DNA from: a virus
Taxonomy: Duplodnaviria > Caudoviricetes
DNA: 44,054 bases
Virus record (IMG/VR): IMGVR_UViG_3300034777_000284
Coordinates: 1 to 44,054 of that record
Strand: one strand, 5' to 3'
Below, in pieces: positions 25,537-34,766 of the stretch. A program made the position numbers and the translations under genes. Position 1 is the first letter of the stretch; every line of letters begins with the position of its first letter. The notes under the pieces were generated by a model that was given only the letters and a program-made list of their open reading frames with translations, was not told the origin of the DNA and did no database searches.

Positions 25537-27672
25537 ATGGCTAAGACACGAAAGATTGACCCCGCGAAAGAAGAAGAGATTACACGCACCCAATGGGCGC
25601 GTTACGAACGCGCTCGGGATAACGGCCACCTCGACTATGTGGAAATGGCGCTCAAGTGCGATGAGTACTACCAAGGGGATCAGTGGGACCCAGATGATCA
25701 GGCTGTGCTTGAAAACGAAGGACGCCCCGCCCTTACGATCAACACGATTCTGCCTACGATTAATACAATTTTGGGCGAACAGTCGACGCGTCGCGCAGAT
25801 ATTAAGTTCAAGCCCCGTCGCGGTGGCGACGAAGAAGTAGCGCACACACTGTCCAAGCTGTACATGCAGATTGCTGACAGCAACAAGCTGGACTGGGTTG
25901 AGCAGCAGGTATTCAGTGACGGCTTGATTATGGACGGTCGCGGATACTTTGACGTTCGCATGGACTTTAGTGACCACGTCGAAGGCGAGATTCGTATCAC
26001 GGCTAAAGACCCACTGGACATCCTCATCGACCCAGATGCCAAGGACGCTGACCCAAAGACTTGGAGCGAGGTGTTTGAGTCCAAGTGGATGACGTTGGAC
26101 GAGATCGAGGAGTTGTACGGCGAGGACAAGGCGGAGCGGCTGCTGTTTGTTGCAGAGAACGGTATGAGTTTCGGCCCTGATTCGGTCGAATATCAGGAAA
26201 CCCGCTTCGGTGACACCGAAACAAACGACGATTACTTCGGCGCAGGCGTGCCTGGGGACGAGGAGTACCGTAACGTTAAGGCGCTGCGCGTCGTGGAGCG
26301 CCAGCACAAGAAGCTGCACCGTGCATCTTTCTTCGTCGACCGATTGACTGGCGATCAAAGGCAGTGCCCTTCCGAGTGGGGCGAGGCGAAATGTAAAAAG
26401 TTCGCCAAAAAATATGACATGGAGCTTATATCCAAGGTCATTCGCAAGGTTCGCTGGACTGTTACGTGCGATCAGGTGGTTCTGCATGACGATTGGTCGC
26501 CGTATGACCAGCTGACCATCGTCCCGTTCTTCTGCTACTTCCGCAGAGGACGCCCATTTGGCGCGATTCGTAACCTGTTGTCCCCGCAGGAGCAGCTGAA
26601 CAAGATCGCGAGCCAAGAACTGCACATCGTGAACACCACCGCGAACAGCGGATGGATGGTAGAGAGCGGATCGCTTGTCGGTATGACGGCTGATGACCTC
26701 GAAGAGCACGGTGCAGAGACCGGATTGGTGCTCGAATACAACCGAGGGACGAATCCACCGGCAAAAATACAAGCTAACCAGATCCCAACTGGCCTCGACC
26801 GCATTGGGCAGAAAGCAGCAGCGAATATTCAGGCGATTTCGGGCATCAATGACTCAATGTTGGGTACAGATAGCGCCGAAGTGTCTGGAATTGCTATCCA
26901 AGCGAAGCAGAATCGCGGCGCGATCATGATTCAGGTGCCTTTGGACAATTTGGCGAAGTCCAGACAGTACCTAGCAGAGAAAATTCTGAACTTAATTCAG
27001 ACTTTTTACACCGAAGAGCGCGTTATTCAGGTCACAAACGAAGAAGACCCGCTACAGCCGCGTGAGCCACTGGTTTTGAACACAATGTCGCCCGAGGGAG
27101 ACATCATCAACAACCTAACGCTGGGCGAATACGACGTAATTGTCTCCACTGCCCCTGCGCGAGATAGCTTCGACGAGACTCAGTTCGCAGAAGCACTGAG
27201 TTTACGCCAAGCCGGTGTCGCAATACCTGATGACGCAATCATCCAGTACAGCCATCTAGTGAAGAAGGGGGAACTGGCCAAACGTATACGTCAAATGACC
27301 GGCCAAGAACCGCCAACACCAGAACAGGCACAGGTCATGCAGCAACAGCAGATGCTGGCTATGCAGAACCTGCAGCTGGAGACCATGAAGCTCCAAGCTG
27401 AAGTCGAAAAACTCCAGACCGAAGCGGCTGTAAACGTCGCGAAGGTACAGGAAGTAGCGGAAGTGAATCCGCAAGCCCGTCTGGCTGAGCTACAAGCGAA
27501 GCTCCAGATGAACCAAGAGCAGCTAGCCCTCCGCAGAGAGCTTTCTGCTGCCACCAACGAAATCCGCCAAGGGCAAAGTGAGACTACCGCCGCAGCCAAG
27601 ATAGCTGCGGAAGCTATGAAGCAAGGTAGAAGCGCTACGCGTACAGCTGGACCAACCCAACCAACCCAATAG
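25537..27672 (+). CDS. Portal protein (P22-like podoviral)
   Basis: YYQGDQW, RPALTIN, SGIAI motifs; C-terminal Gln-rich coiled coil; follows terL. Confidence 0.9.
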   Translation: MAKTRKIDPAKEEEITRTQWARYERARDNGHLDYVEMALKCDEYYQGDQWDPDDQAVLENEGRPALTINTILPTINTILGEQSTRRADIKFKPRRGGDEEVAHTLSKLYMQIADSNKLDWVEQQVFSDGLIMDGRGYFDVRMDFSDHVEGEIRITAKDPLDILIDPDAKDADPKTWSEVFESKWMTLDEIEELYGEDKAERLLFVAENGMSFGPDSVEYQETRFGDTETNDDYFGAGVPGDEEYRNVKALRVVERQHKKLHRASFFVDRLTGDQRQCPSEWGEAKCKKFAKKYDMELISKVIRKVRWTVTCDQVVLHDDWSPYDQLTIVPFFCYFRRGRPFGAIRNLLSPQEQLNKIASQELHIVNTTANSGWMVESGSLVGMTADDLEEHGAETGLVLEYNRGTNPPAKIQANQIPTGLDRIGQKAAANIQAISGINDSMLGTDSAEVSGIAIQAKQNRGAIMIQVPLDNLAKSRQYLAEKILNLIQTFYTEERVIQVTNEEDPLQPREPLVLNTMSPEGDIINNLTLGEYDVIVSTAPARDSFDETQFAEALSLRQAGVAIPDDAIIQYSHLVKKGELAKRIRQMTGQEPPTPEQAQVMQQQQMLAMQNLQLETMKLQAEVEKLQTEAAVNVAKVQEVAEVNPQARLAELQAKLQMNQEQLALRRELSAATNEIRQGQSETTAAAKIAAEAMKQGRSATRTAGPTQPTQ

Positions 27673-27681
27673 GACTTTGAT

Positions 27682-28713
27682 ATGAGCACCAAAGACGAAG
27701 CAACCGAAGACAAGCCACTGGAATTTGACTTAATGCCTGGAGCTGATCGTCCTGAAGAGGACGACTCCCCTGCACTTGACCTTAGTTTTACACAGGAAGA
27801 GGAACCGGAGACCGTTGTCGAAGAGGAACCCACTGTCGCTGAAGTCGAAGAATCGGAAGAAGAACCTGAAGCCGAAGATCCCGAAGAGGACGTGGCCGAA
27901 GATGAAGCCGAAGAAACCGAAGCAGCTGCCGGTGAGGAGGTAGAGGAAGCTGAAGAAGCGCCGGAAGAACCTACCCCCGCACCCAAGAAAGCGGCAAAAG
28001 GCAAAATGGTTCCTAAAGCCCGCCTCGATGAGGTGCTTGCAAAGCAGAAAGCCCTACAGAAGCAGCTTGATGAGATAAATGCTGCGAAAGAAAAAGCCGA
28101 AGAAGCCCCCGAAGACTACGATTTTGATGCGAAAGAAGTCGAATACCAGAACATGGTGCTCGATGGCGAGACTGACAAAGCAGTAGCACTTCGACGAGAG
28201 ATCAGAAAGGCGGAGCGCGAGCAGGTTGAGTACGAAATGCGCCAAGAAATGACGCAAACCGTAAGCCAAGACAGACAAATGAATGCGCTTCAGCAAGCAG
28301 CGACCGCTATGGAAGAAGCGTATCCAGTGTTTGACCGTGACTCAGCGGAGTTCAACGAGGATTACACGAACGAAGTCCTCGAATTGCGCGATGCGTTCAT
28401 GTCTACCGGCTATGACGTCGTAGACGCGCTGTCAAAAGCCGTCAAATACGTTGTGAAAGACCACGATTTAGACCAATCGGAAGAAAGCGCACCGAGTTTG
28501 GCTGGAAAAGCGCCGTCTGTAGACGAGGTCGCGAAGAAACGCGCGCAAGTAAGCAAAAAACTGAAGGCCGCAGAAGCTCAACCACCTGAATTGCCAGGTG
28601 AAAGCTCCTCGGTGCATGGGGAGAAAGGTCTAGACGTCTCCAACATGACCGAAGAAGAGTTCGAGGCGTTGCCTGAAGCCACCCTAAGACGCCTACGCGG
28701 CGATATTTTGTAA
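27682..28713 (+). CDS. Capsid scaffolding protein
   Basis: Very acidic N-terminus, VPKARLDEV, coiled coil, C-terminal MTEEEF; lies between portal and capsid. Confidence 0.75.
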   Translation: MSTKDEATEDKPLEFDLMPGADRPEEDDSPALDLSFTQEEEPETVVEEEPTVAEVEESEEEPEAEDPEEDVAEDEAEETEAAAGEEVEEAEEAPEEPTPAPKKAAKGKMVPKARLDEVLAKQKALQKQLDEINAAKEKAEEAPEDYDFDAKEVEYQNMVLDGETDKAVALRREIRKAEREQVEYEMRQEMTQTVSQDRQMNALQQAATAMEEAYPVFDRDSAEFNEDYTNEVLELRDAFMSTGYDVVDALSKAVKYVVKDHDLDQSEESAPSLAGKAPSVDEVAKKRAQVSKKLKAAEAQPPELPGESSSVHGEKGLDVSNMTEEEFEALPEATLRRLRGDIL

Positions 28714-28725
28714 GGAGCAGCCTGA

Positions 28726-29016
28726 ATGGCGAGCGAAAGAGACCCACGATTAGCCCGAGCAGGTGTCTCGGGCTTTAACAAACCGAAGCGGACGCCTAAT
28801 CACCCGAAAAAATCACACATTGTTGTGGCTAAAGAGGGAGATAAGATCAAAACCATACGTTTTGGTGAGCAAGGGGCTAAGACTGCGGGCAAACCCAAGG
28901 CTGGGGAAGGCGACAAAATGCGTAAGAAGCGCGCCAGCTTCAAAGCACGCCACGCTAAGAACATATCCAAGGGCAAAATGAGCGCGGCCTATTGGGCAAA
29001 TCGCGTGAAGTGGTGA
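28726..29016 (+). CDS. Small basic phage protein
   Basis: IRFGEQG...FKARH...SAAYWANRVKW; AAGGAG RBS. Confidence 0.75.
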   Translation: MASERDPRLARAGVSGFNKPKRTPNHPKKSHIVVAKEGDKIKTIRFGEQGAKTAGKPKAGEGDKMRKKRASFKARHAKNISKGKMSAAYWANRVKW

Positions 29017-29020
29017 TCTG

Positions 29021-29446
29021 ATGGCTAGAACAGACGAACCTAAGTGGAAGCGAATTGTTGCGGCTGTAAAGGCCGGATCTGCTGGCGGGAAGCCTGGGCA
29101 GTGGTCAGCACGTAAGGCGCAGATCGCAACACATCGCTACAAGAAAGCAGGTGGCGGTTACTCAGGCCCGAAGACTAAGGCACAAAAGTCGCTGTCGAAG
29201 TGGACGAAAGAGGAATGGGGAACAAAGTCCGGTAAAAACTCAACTCAAGGAAGCAAAGCGACAGGTGAAAGGTATCTCCCGAAGAAGGCTCGAAAGGCTT
29301 TATCAGACAAGGAGTACGCTGCCACTTCCCGAAAGAAGCGGGAAGACACAAAGAAAGGCAAGCAGTTCTCAAAGCAGCCAAAGAAAATAGCGAAGAAGAC
29401 AGCACGGGTTCGAAAAGCGAGCCACCGCCCTAGCCGCCGCAGTTGA
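29021..29446 (+). CDS. Highly basic protein (DUF5872-like)
   Basis: GGKPGQWSARKAQ...YKKAGGGY...LSKWTKEEW...RYLP. Confidence 0.75.
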   Translation: MARTDEPKWKRIVAAVKAGSAGGKPGQWSARKAQIATHRYKKAGGGYSGPKTKAQKSLSKWTKEEWGTKSGKNSTQGSKATGERYLPKKARKALSDKEYAATSRKKREDTKKGKQFSKQPKKIAKKTARVRKASHRPSRRS

Positions 29447-29464
29447 TTTAGGTGTTGCATACAT

Positions 29465-29483
29465 ATATTAGTATCGCTAATAT
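29465..29483 (+). promoter_or_regulatory. Promoter-operator cassette 9 (capsid promoter)
   Basis: ATATTAG-TATCG-CTAATAT; TTGCAT-N17-TAATAT. Confidence 0.8.
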
Positions 29484-29494
29484 TCGATGTATAT

Positions 29495-29675
29495 TCGTCC
29501 ATCAGAGCGATATCTGATCGGCCCGTAGCCGTAAAAAACGTAACCATCGCCTGCACAAGGCGTAAAACCTGCCGAGGTCGCTCTCGTTAAAACGCGCTAG
29601 TTCGTCGTCCCACGACACGGGAACACGGATTAGCCGCTCCAGTAAGTCGGCTAAACGAGCAGCTTTATTAGCTGC
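29495..29675 (+). ncRNA. Structured 5' leader of the capsid gene (tandem putative pseudoknots)
   Basis: Six consecutive hairpins whose loops are complementary to nearby 3' segments, then a 6-bp hairpin. Confidence 0.55.
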
Positions 29676-29707
29676 GCTATTAATACGACAATTTTATGGA
29701 GGCCATC

Positions 29708-30871
29708 ATGGCTTTAACGAACTTCGGTACGCTTACGGGCGACCAACTGCAGATGTGGTCGCGTGATTTCTGGAAAGTAGCACGCAACCAATCTTTCATT
29801 AACCAGTTCGCTGGTACTGGCTCTAACGCGATGGTTCAACGCGTCACTGAGTTGACCAAGAACCAAAAAGGCACTAAAGCTAACATCACTTTGCTCGCTG
29901 ACATGACTGGCGACGGTATCACTGGTGACTACACTCTGGAAGGCAACGAAGAAGCCCTCCGCGCGTTTGACATCAGCATCGAGCTAGATCAGCTACGATT
30001 CGCTAACCGCATCGCTGGACGTATGACCGACCAGAAGACTGTAGTTAACTTCCGTGAGCAATCTCGCGACGCGCTTGCTTACGCAATCGCTGACCGTTGT
30101 GACCAGTTGGCATTCTTGACTCTGTCAGGTGTTGCATATACTCACAAGAACAACGGCGGTCTTCGTGCTGTAGTTGGCGGCGCTGTAAACGGCCAAGAGC
30201 TTGTTGACCTTGAGTTCGCTTCAGACGTATCTGCCCCGACTAACAAGCGTCACCTTCGGGTCGATGTGTCAGGTGGTACGTCAACGTTAGCAGCTGGTGA
30301 TACCACCGCTGTCGCTGCGACCGACAAGATCGCTTATCGCGATATTGTGAACCTGAAAGCGTACGCCAAGGATCATTACATCCGAGGTATTCGAGGTGCT
30401 GGTAACCAAGAAACCTTCCACATGTTTGTTACTCCACAGCAAATGGCTGATCTCAAGCTTGATAGCGATTTCTTGGCCAACGTGCGTAATGCCGGTGTCC
30501 GAGGAACTGCGAACAGCCTGTTCGCAGGTTCTTCAAGCCTGATGGTAGACGGCGTGATGATCCATGAGTTTCGTCATGTGTTTAACACTACTGGCGCAGC
30601 TTCTGGCGCATCTAGCAACGCTGGCGCAGCTGGCTACAAGTGGGGCGCTGCCGCTAACGTAGACGGTGCTCGCGCATTGTTCTGCGGTGCTCAAGCTCTC
30701 GCACTGGCTGATATCGGTCTGCCTGAGATGGTCGAAGACACCTTCGACTACGGCAACCAGTCAGGTATCTCCGTAGGCAAGATCTTCGGAATGCGCAAGC
30801 CTAAGTACAACAGCGACATTAGTGGCTCTGTACAGGACTTCGGTGTCATCTGCCTCGATACCGCTCAGTAG
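29708..30871 (+). CDS. Major capsid protein (N4-gp56/DUF4043-like)
   Basis: GDYTLEGNEEAL, LFCGAQAL, EDTFDYGN, DFGVI; GGAGG RBS; followed by a strong terminator. Confidence 0.88.
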   Translation: MALTNFGTLTGDQLQMWSRDFWKVARNQSFINQFAGTGSNAMVQRVTELTKNQKGTKANITLLADMTGDGITGDYTLEGNEEALRAFDISIELDQLRFANRIAGRMTDQKTVVNFREQSRDALAYAIADRCDQLAFLTLSGVAYTHKNNGGLRAVVGGAVNGQELVDLEFASDVSAPTNKRHLRVDVSGGTSTLAAGDTTAVAATDKIAYRDIVNLKAYAKDHYIRGIRGAGNQETFHMFVTPQQMADLKLDSDFLANVRNAGVRGTANSLFAGSSSLMVDGVMIHEFRHVFNTTGAASGASSNAGAAGYKWGAAANVDGARALFCGAQALALADIGLPEMVEDTFDYGNQSGISVGKIFGMRKPKYNSDISGSVQDFGVICLDTAQ

Positions 30872-30878
30872 AGCTGAT

Positions 30879-30909
30879 AGCCCCCTCTTCGGAGGGGGCT
30901 TCCTTTTTT
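30879..30909 (+). terminator. Intrinsic terminator
   Basis: AGCCCCCTC-TTCG-GAGGGGGCT followed by TCCTTTTTT. Confidence 0.85.
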
Positions 30910-30920
30910 GGAGTGCCCAA

Positions 30921-31424
30921 ATGAAAAGAAGACCTTACGCCAAGGCAAGAACAACAGCTACGTCGAGCCGCCGTGCGCGCTTGAGTGCGCAGATGGCTCG
31001 AATGGACGAAAAGATGAAAGCGAAAAAAGCTGAGGCCGCGAAGAAAGCCGCAGCCAAAAAAGCAGCTGACGCTAAGACGAAAGCCAAGAATCAGGCAGCG
31101 CCTAAAGCAGCCGATGCGAAGCCTAGGGTGACGCTTGGGCAAGATAAGAAGCGTAAGCTTAAAAGCAAACCCGAAATCGAAAAGAAAGCGCCTCCAGCTG
31201 GCGCAAAACGCAGTCTGGCGAGTAAAGGCGCTGGTAGCAGAGCGCGCAATCAAGCCGCTAGCAAGATCACGGGGCGCACGATGACCCGTGCTGGCGAGTA
31301 CAAGACGTTTGCAAAAGGTAGCTCAGCGGCAAGGAACTTTCGTAGTGCCTTCTCCGAAGCAAAGGCAGCAGGCAAGAAGACATTCACTTGGAACGGCAAG
31401 AAGTACACCACCAAAACTAAGTAG
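30921..31424 (+). CDS. Lys/Ala-rich basic protein
   Basis: GGAG RBS; KKAAAKKA repeats; C-terminal FRSAFSEAK..GKKTFTWNGKKYTT. Confidence 0.7.
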   Translation: MKRRPYAKARTTATSSRRARLSAQMARMDEKMKAKKAEAAKKAAAKKAADAKTKAKNQAAPKAADAKPRVTLGQDKKRKLKSKPEIEKKAPPAGAKRSLASKGAGSRARNQAASKITGRTMTRAGEYKTFAKGSSAARNFRSAFSEAKAAGKKTFTWNGKKYTTKTK

Positions 31425-31434
31425 GCAATAAATC

Positions 31435-31812
31435 ATGAAGATTGTGAGCAGTGAGGATTTACGCATTACAACATTGGGCGGCACGGCCGTCCTTTTCGAC
31501 GCAGGGGTTCCGCGAGAAATATCTGACGAGATCGGTCTTTTAGCTATTCAACAGGGCGCTAAGGAACTTACCGGCGCAGCTGTTGTCGAAGAAGAAATCG
31601 AAGTTTCAGTCGTTGAGGAAGTAGCGGTAGAAGAAACCGTACAACTAGATTCAGAACTAGTCACCGCCCTCGAAAAAATGATGGATGAAGGTGACCCAGA
31701 CAATTTCAAAACGGACGGTTATCCAAAGGCAGCGGCTGTAAACAAAGCTGTTGGGAGAACCGTTAATACGGATGCCCGAGAAGCTGCTTGGGAATCAATT
31801 CTTAACTCATAG
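31435..31812 (+). CDS. Acidic hypothetical protein (morphogenesis region)
   Basis: Co-oriented ORF. Confidence 0.65.
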   Translation: MKIVSSEDLRITTLGGTAVLFDAGVPREISDEIGLLAIQQGAKELTGAAVVEEEIEVSVVEEVAVEETVQLDSELVTALEKMMDEGDPDNFKTDGYPKAAAVNKAVGRTVNTDAREAAWESILNS

Positions 31813-31821
31813 GCGAAGACG

Positions 31822-32508
31822 ATGACGGTAACGGTTCAAAGCGTTATTGACCGAGTACAAGCAGTACTTCAGGACACCACTGGCGTGCGGTGGCCGGTAG
31901 TTGGTGAGCTTGTACTGTGGGTGAACGATGCTCAACGCGAGATCGCTTTGTTGAAGCCAGACGCATCGGCTAAGAATGAGACAATCACACTCGCGACGGG
32001 TACCAAGCAATCGATTCCGGCTGGTGGCAACAGGCTGCTAAAGGTCGTACGGAACATGTCTGCCGCAAGCAGCGGCACGGGCAAACGTGCTGTGCGACTT
32101 GTTGATGCCGAGGTTCTTAACGGACAAACCCCCGACTGGCACGACCCCGCCGTATCCGGCGATGCGGCTCATACGAATATCGTAAAGCACTACACATACG
32201 AAGAATCTAACCCTCGGAACTTCTACGTTTACCCCGGCGTTGCTGGCGCCGCGTACTTAGAAATCATTTACTCAGATAACCCAAGTACGGTCGCGCTGGA
32301 TGGGAATCTAGACATTCCAGATATCTTCGCAAACGCCGTCATGAACTACGTGCTCTACATGGCGTACATGAAAGACGCCGAATACGCAGGTAATGCCCAG
32401 CGCGCTGGAACGCATTACCAAGTATTCCAAGCGCAAGTCACTGGTAAGGGTGCGATCGACGCACTCACGAATCCGAATACTGAACGCAGAACGGCTGTGG
32501 GAGCGTAA
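31822..32508 (+). CDS. Head-tail adaptor-like protein
   Basis: LQD...RW...L..WVNDAQREI, FYVYP motifs; position after the capsid gene. Confidence 0.65.
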   Translation: MTVTVQSVIDRVQAVLQDTTGVRWPVVGELVLWVNDAQREIALLKPDASAKNETITLATGTKQSIPAGGNRLLKVVRNMSAASSGTGKRAVRLVDAEVLNGQTPDWHDPAVSGDAAHTNIVKHYTYEESNPRNFYVYPGVAGAAYLEIIYSDNPSTVALDGNLDIPDIFANAVMNYVLYMAYMKDAEYAGNAQRAGTHYQVFQAQVTGKGAIDALTNPNTERRTAVGA

Positions 32509-32511
32509 AGC

Positions 32512-33192
32512 ATGGCGATTTCATACGAAACGCTTCTTCCTGAAATCCTGCCGATGGTGTCTGGGTGCTCCGACACAATGGTAGAGAACAGCATCCGCGC
32601 TGCCGTTATCGAGCTGTGCGAACTGTCAGAGGTGTATCAGGCAGAGCTTGATCCAGTGACTACTGTCGGCGGGATATACGAATATGACCTAGAGCCGCCA
32701 AGCGGTACTTCGGTCCAAAAGATCCTCTGGGTCACGCACGAAGGTAAAGACATAGAACCTTTATCCAGCACACTTTTAGAGCAACGGATACCAAAGTGGC
32801 GAGAAGGCAACGGTGTACCCGAATACTTTGTGCAGCAAAGCACCCAGACGTTCTGGCTAGCTCCCGTACCTACAACGACGTCTGTATCTAGCACGATTGT
32901 GCGCGCAGTGCTGAGGCCGACTCATAGTAGCACTGCCTGTGACAACGACGTAATGGATCGCCATAGGGACACGATTGTTAACGGAGCACTATTCCGATTG
33001 CTGCGGATTCCAAACAAAGACTGGACGGATCTGACCGGCGCAGGCTTGTACGGATCTTTATTTAATGACGGTGTAAAGCGCGCCGAGGTACAAGCTCGTG
33101 GGGCAGACACCGGCATAGCTAGGAGAGTTCGATATGGCGGAAGTTCGGGTGCTTTGCGCACAAGACGACGACGTTACGGTAGCGGAGGATAA
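32512..33192 (+). CDS. Second adaptor/tail-tubular-like protein
   Basis: G.PEYF, WLAPVP, IVNGAL.RLL..P.K.W motifs. Confidence 0.55.
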   Translation: MAISYETLLPEILPMVSGCSDTMVENSIRAAVIELCELSEVYQAELDPVTTVGGIYEYDLEPPSGTSVQKILWVTHEGKDIEPLSSTLLEQRIPKWREGNGVPEYFVQQSTQTFWLAPVPTTTSVSSTIVRAVLRPTHSSTACDNDVMDRHRDTIVNGALFRLLRIPNKDWTDLTGAGLYGSLFNDGVKRAEVQARGADTGIARRVRYGGSSGALRTRRRRYGSGG

Positions 33193-33589
33193 ACCAGCTT
33201 TTGCACAGATCCGTGATGAGTGGGACTGGGTGAAGTGTGGAATTGAAGAAATTTTAGCTGAGCAAGCTCAGCTTACGTTTAGACCAGAAGATGTATATGC
33301 AGCTTGTCTAAACGGAGAAGCCCACCTTTGGGTAGCACCAGAGGGCTTTGTAATCACCACCGCTGAGGTGGATGAGTTTACAGGGGCAAAGACATTTTTG
33401 TTGTGGCTTGCATGGGCAAAGAAACGCGGAGCTAGTTGCGCGATTAAGTACCTCCCATTTTTTGCGGAGCTAGCCAGAGAAAACGGTTTCAAGAACATCG
33501 AAACCCGAACGCCTATACCAGCTTTAGAGGATTACTTTTTAGCTGAAGGTTGGAAGAAAGACACAGTAATTTACACGAGAGAACTGTAA
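33134..33589 (+). CDS. GNAT-like/virion assembly protein
   Basis: Size, beta-rich pattern, ELARENGF.NIE; precedes the internal virion genes; start uncertain. Confidence 0.45.
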   Translation: MAEVRVLCAQDDDVTVAEDKPAFAQIRDEWDWVKCGIEEILAEQAQLTFRPEDVYAACLNGEAHLWVAPEGFVITTAEVDEFTGAKTFLLWLAWAKKRGASCAIKYLPFFAELARENGFKNIETRTPIPALEDYFLAEGWKKDTVIYTREL

Positions 33590-34170
33590 TGGGTAGCAAA
33601 CCAAAGCAATCAGACTACAAAGCATCAGAGGCCGAGAAAACTGAAGCCCGCGTTGGTGCGCAGAAAGCTGAGTTTTTTAATCAAACCTACCAGCCTCTGA
33701 ACGTTGCCGAACTAAAAGACTCCCTGACCGACGATATCAAGAATATCGCACGACGCCGTAGTAATGCGGATGTAATGCAGGGGCTGACCGCTAAGCCGAA
33801 TTACAGCCAGACACAAAACGCTGGTCAAGTAGCAGCGGACTTATCTGGCGCTTATCAAGGCCAACTCGGAAAAGCAGGTGCTGGTGCGCTACAGATCCAG
33901 AACACGAGAGGCTCGGCGGCTGTCGGCGTAGCACAGGGTCAAAGTGCAGATGCAGGATCAGCTTTATCCACACTCACTAATATCGGTACCAGCCGCGCTT
34001 TGACTAGAGCGAAGAATAATGAATTGATGCGACAGGCTCGGTTGGATGCAGGAATGAAGATTGCTGGCGCAGCAGCCGACAAGAAGTTTGGTAGTGGCGA
34101 GACTGACCCCGACAAACAAAATAAATGGGATAAATTCTCTGCCGCATACAACAAAGCGAGGAAGGTCTAA
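33589..34170 (+). CDS. Internal virion (ejection) protein
   Basis: MGSKPK start; Ala/Gly/Gln-rich. Confidence 0.55.
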   Translation: MGSKPKQSDYKASEAEKTEARVGAQKAEFFNQTYQPLNVAELKDSLTDDIKNIARRRSNADVMQGLTAKPNYSQTQNAGQVAADLSGAYQGQLGKAGAGALQIQNTRGSAAVGVAQGQSADAGSALSTLTNIGTSRALTRAKNNELMRQARLDAGMKIAGAAADKKFGSGETDPDKQNKWDKFSAAYNKARKV

Positions 34171-34742
34171 TGGCCTTCGAAAACGCTCTACAGTTCTCAC
34201 AGGGTCAAGGCTCGTCGCTGACCGCGTATAAAGGCGGCGAGGTAGACCCTGAGCAGACCCTTGCAAATATTACGCAAGCTGATTACGCCAACTACCTGCG
34301 CGACGTACGGCCGATTGAACTTGAGCTTGTAGAGAAAGCAAAGACCGATACAAGCCTGATTGATCAGGCTATAGAAGATCGAGACAACGCGAACCAATTA
34401 ACGCAGGGCGTTATCGACAGAAATGCATCGCGCTACGGTGCTGCGCTTACACCTGCGCAAATGGAGCAACAAAGGCGCTCTTTAGCAAGGGGCACTACCC
34501 TTAGCGGAATCCAAGGCGTGGCAGACGCTCGTGTTGCTCAGAAAGATGCAAACAGAGCACTTATGGCGGACTTGATAAATATCGGTCAGGGGGTGAACCG
34601 CGCGTCTTTGGGTTCTCTGCAAAATGCCGCAGGTGCCGCTGCACAACGTGAAAACTCTTATAAGAGCGCAAAGGCTTCAAGCAAAGCGCAAACCTACGGA
34701 ATGCTGGGCTCGCTAGGCGCGGCAGCGATGATCTTCCTGTAA
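34170..34742 (+). CDS. Internal virion (ejection) protein
   Basis: Ala/Gln-rich with Gly-rich hydrophobic C-terminus. Confidence 0.55.
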   Translation: MAFENALQFSQGQGSSLTAYKGGEVDPEQTLANITQADYANYLRDVRPIELELVEKAKTDTSLIDQAIEDRDNANQLTQGVIDRNASRYGAALTPAQMEQQRRSLARGTTLSGIQGVADARVAQKDANRALMADLINIGQGVNRASLGSLQNAAGAAAQRENSYKSAKASSKAQTYGMLGSLGAAAMIFL

Positions 34743-34766
34743 CAGCATATTACCCGAGATTAATTT

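Noticed and set aside
25219-26772. 517-aa antisense ORF (also 27291..28004, 16972..17832, 7132..7782)
   Set aside because: Shadow frames opposite well-supported genes or spanning terminators; no recognisable motifs
29573-29660. Pistol ribozyme or preQ1 riboswitch in the capsid leader
   Set aside because: The stem-UUAAA element is reminiscent, but I cannot find the remaining conserved core; needs cmscan
30822-30920. Capsid frameshift extension into the basic ORF
   Set aside because: Would need a +1 shift with no slippery site visible; a strong terminator and a separate RBS intervene
34267-34765. Extra operator copies at 34267 and 34747 (also 5566 and 14767)
   Set aside because: Only one half or the core matches; too degenerate to call by eye
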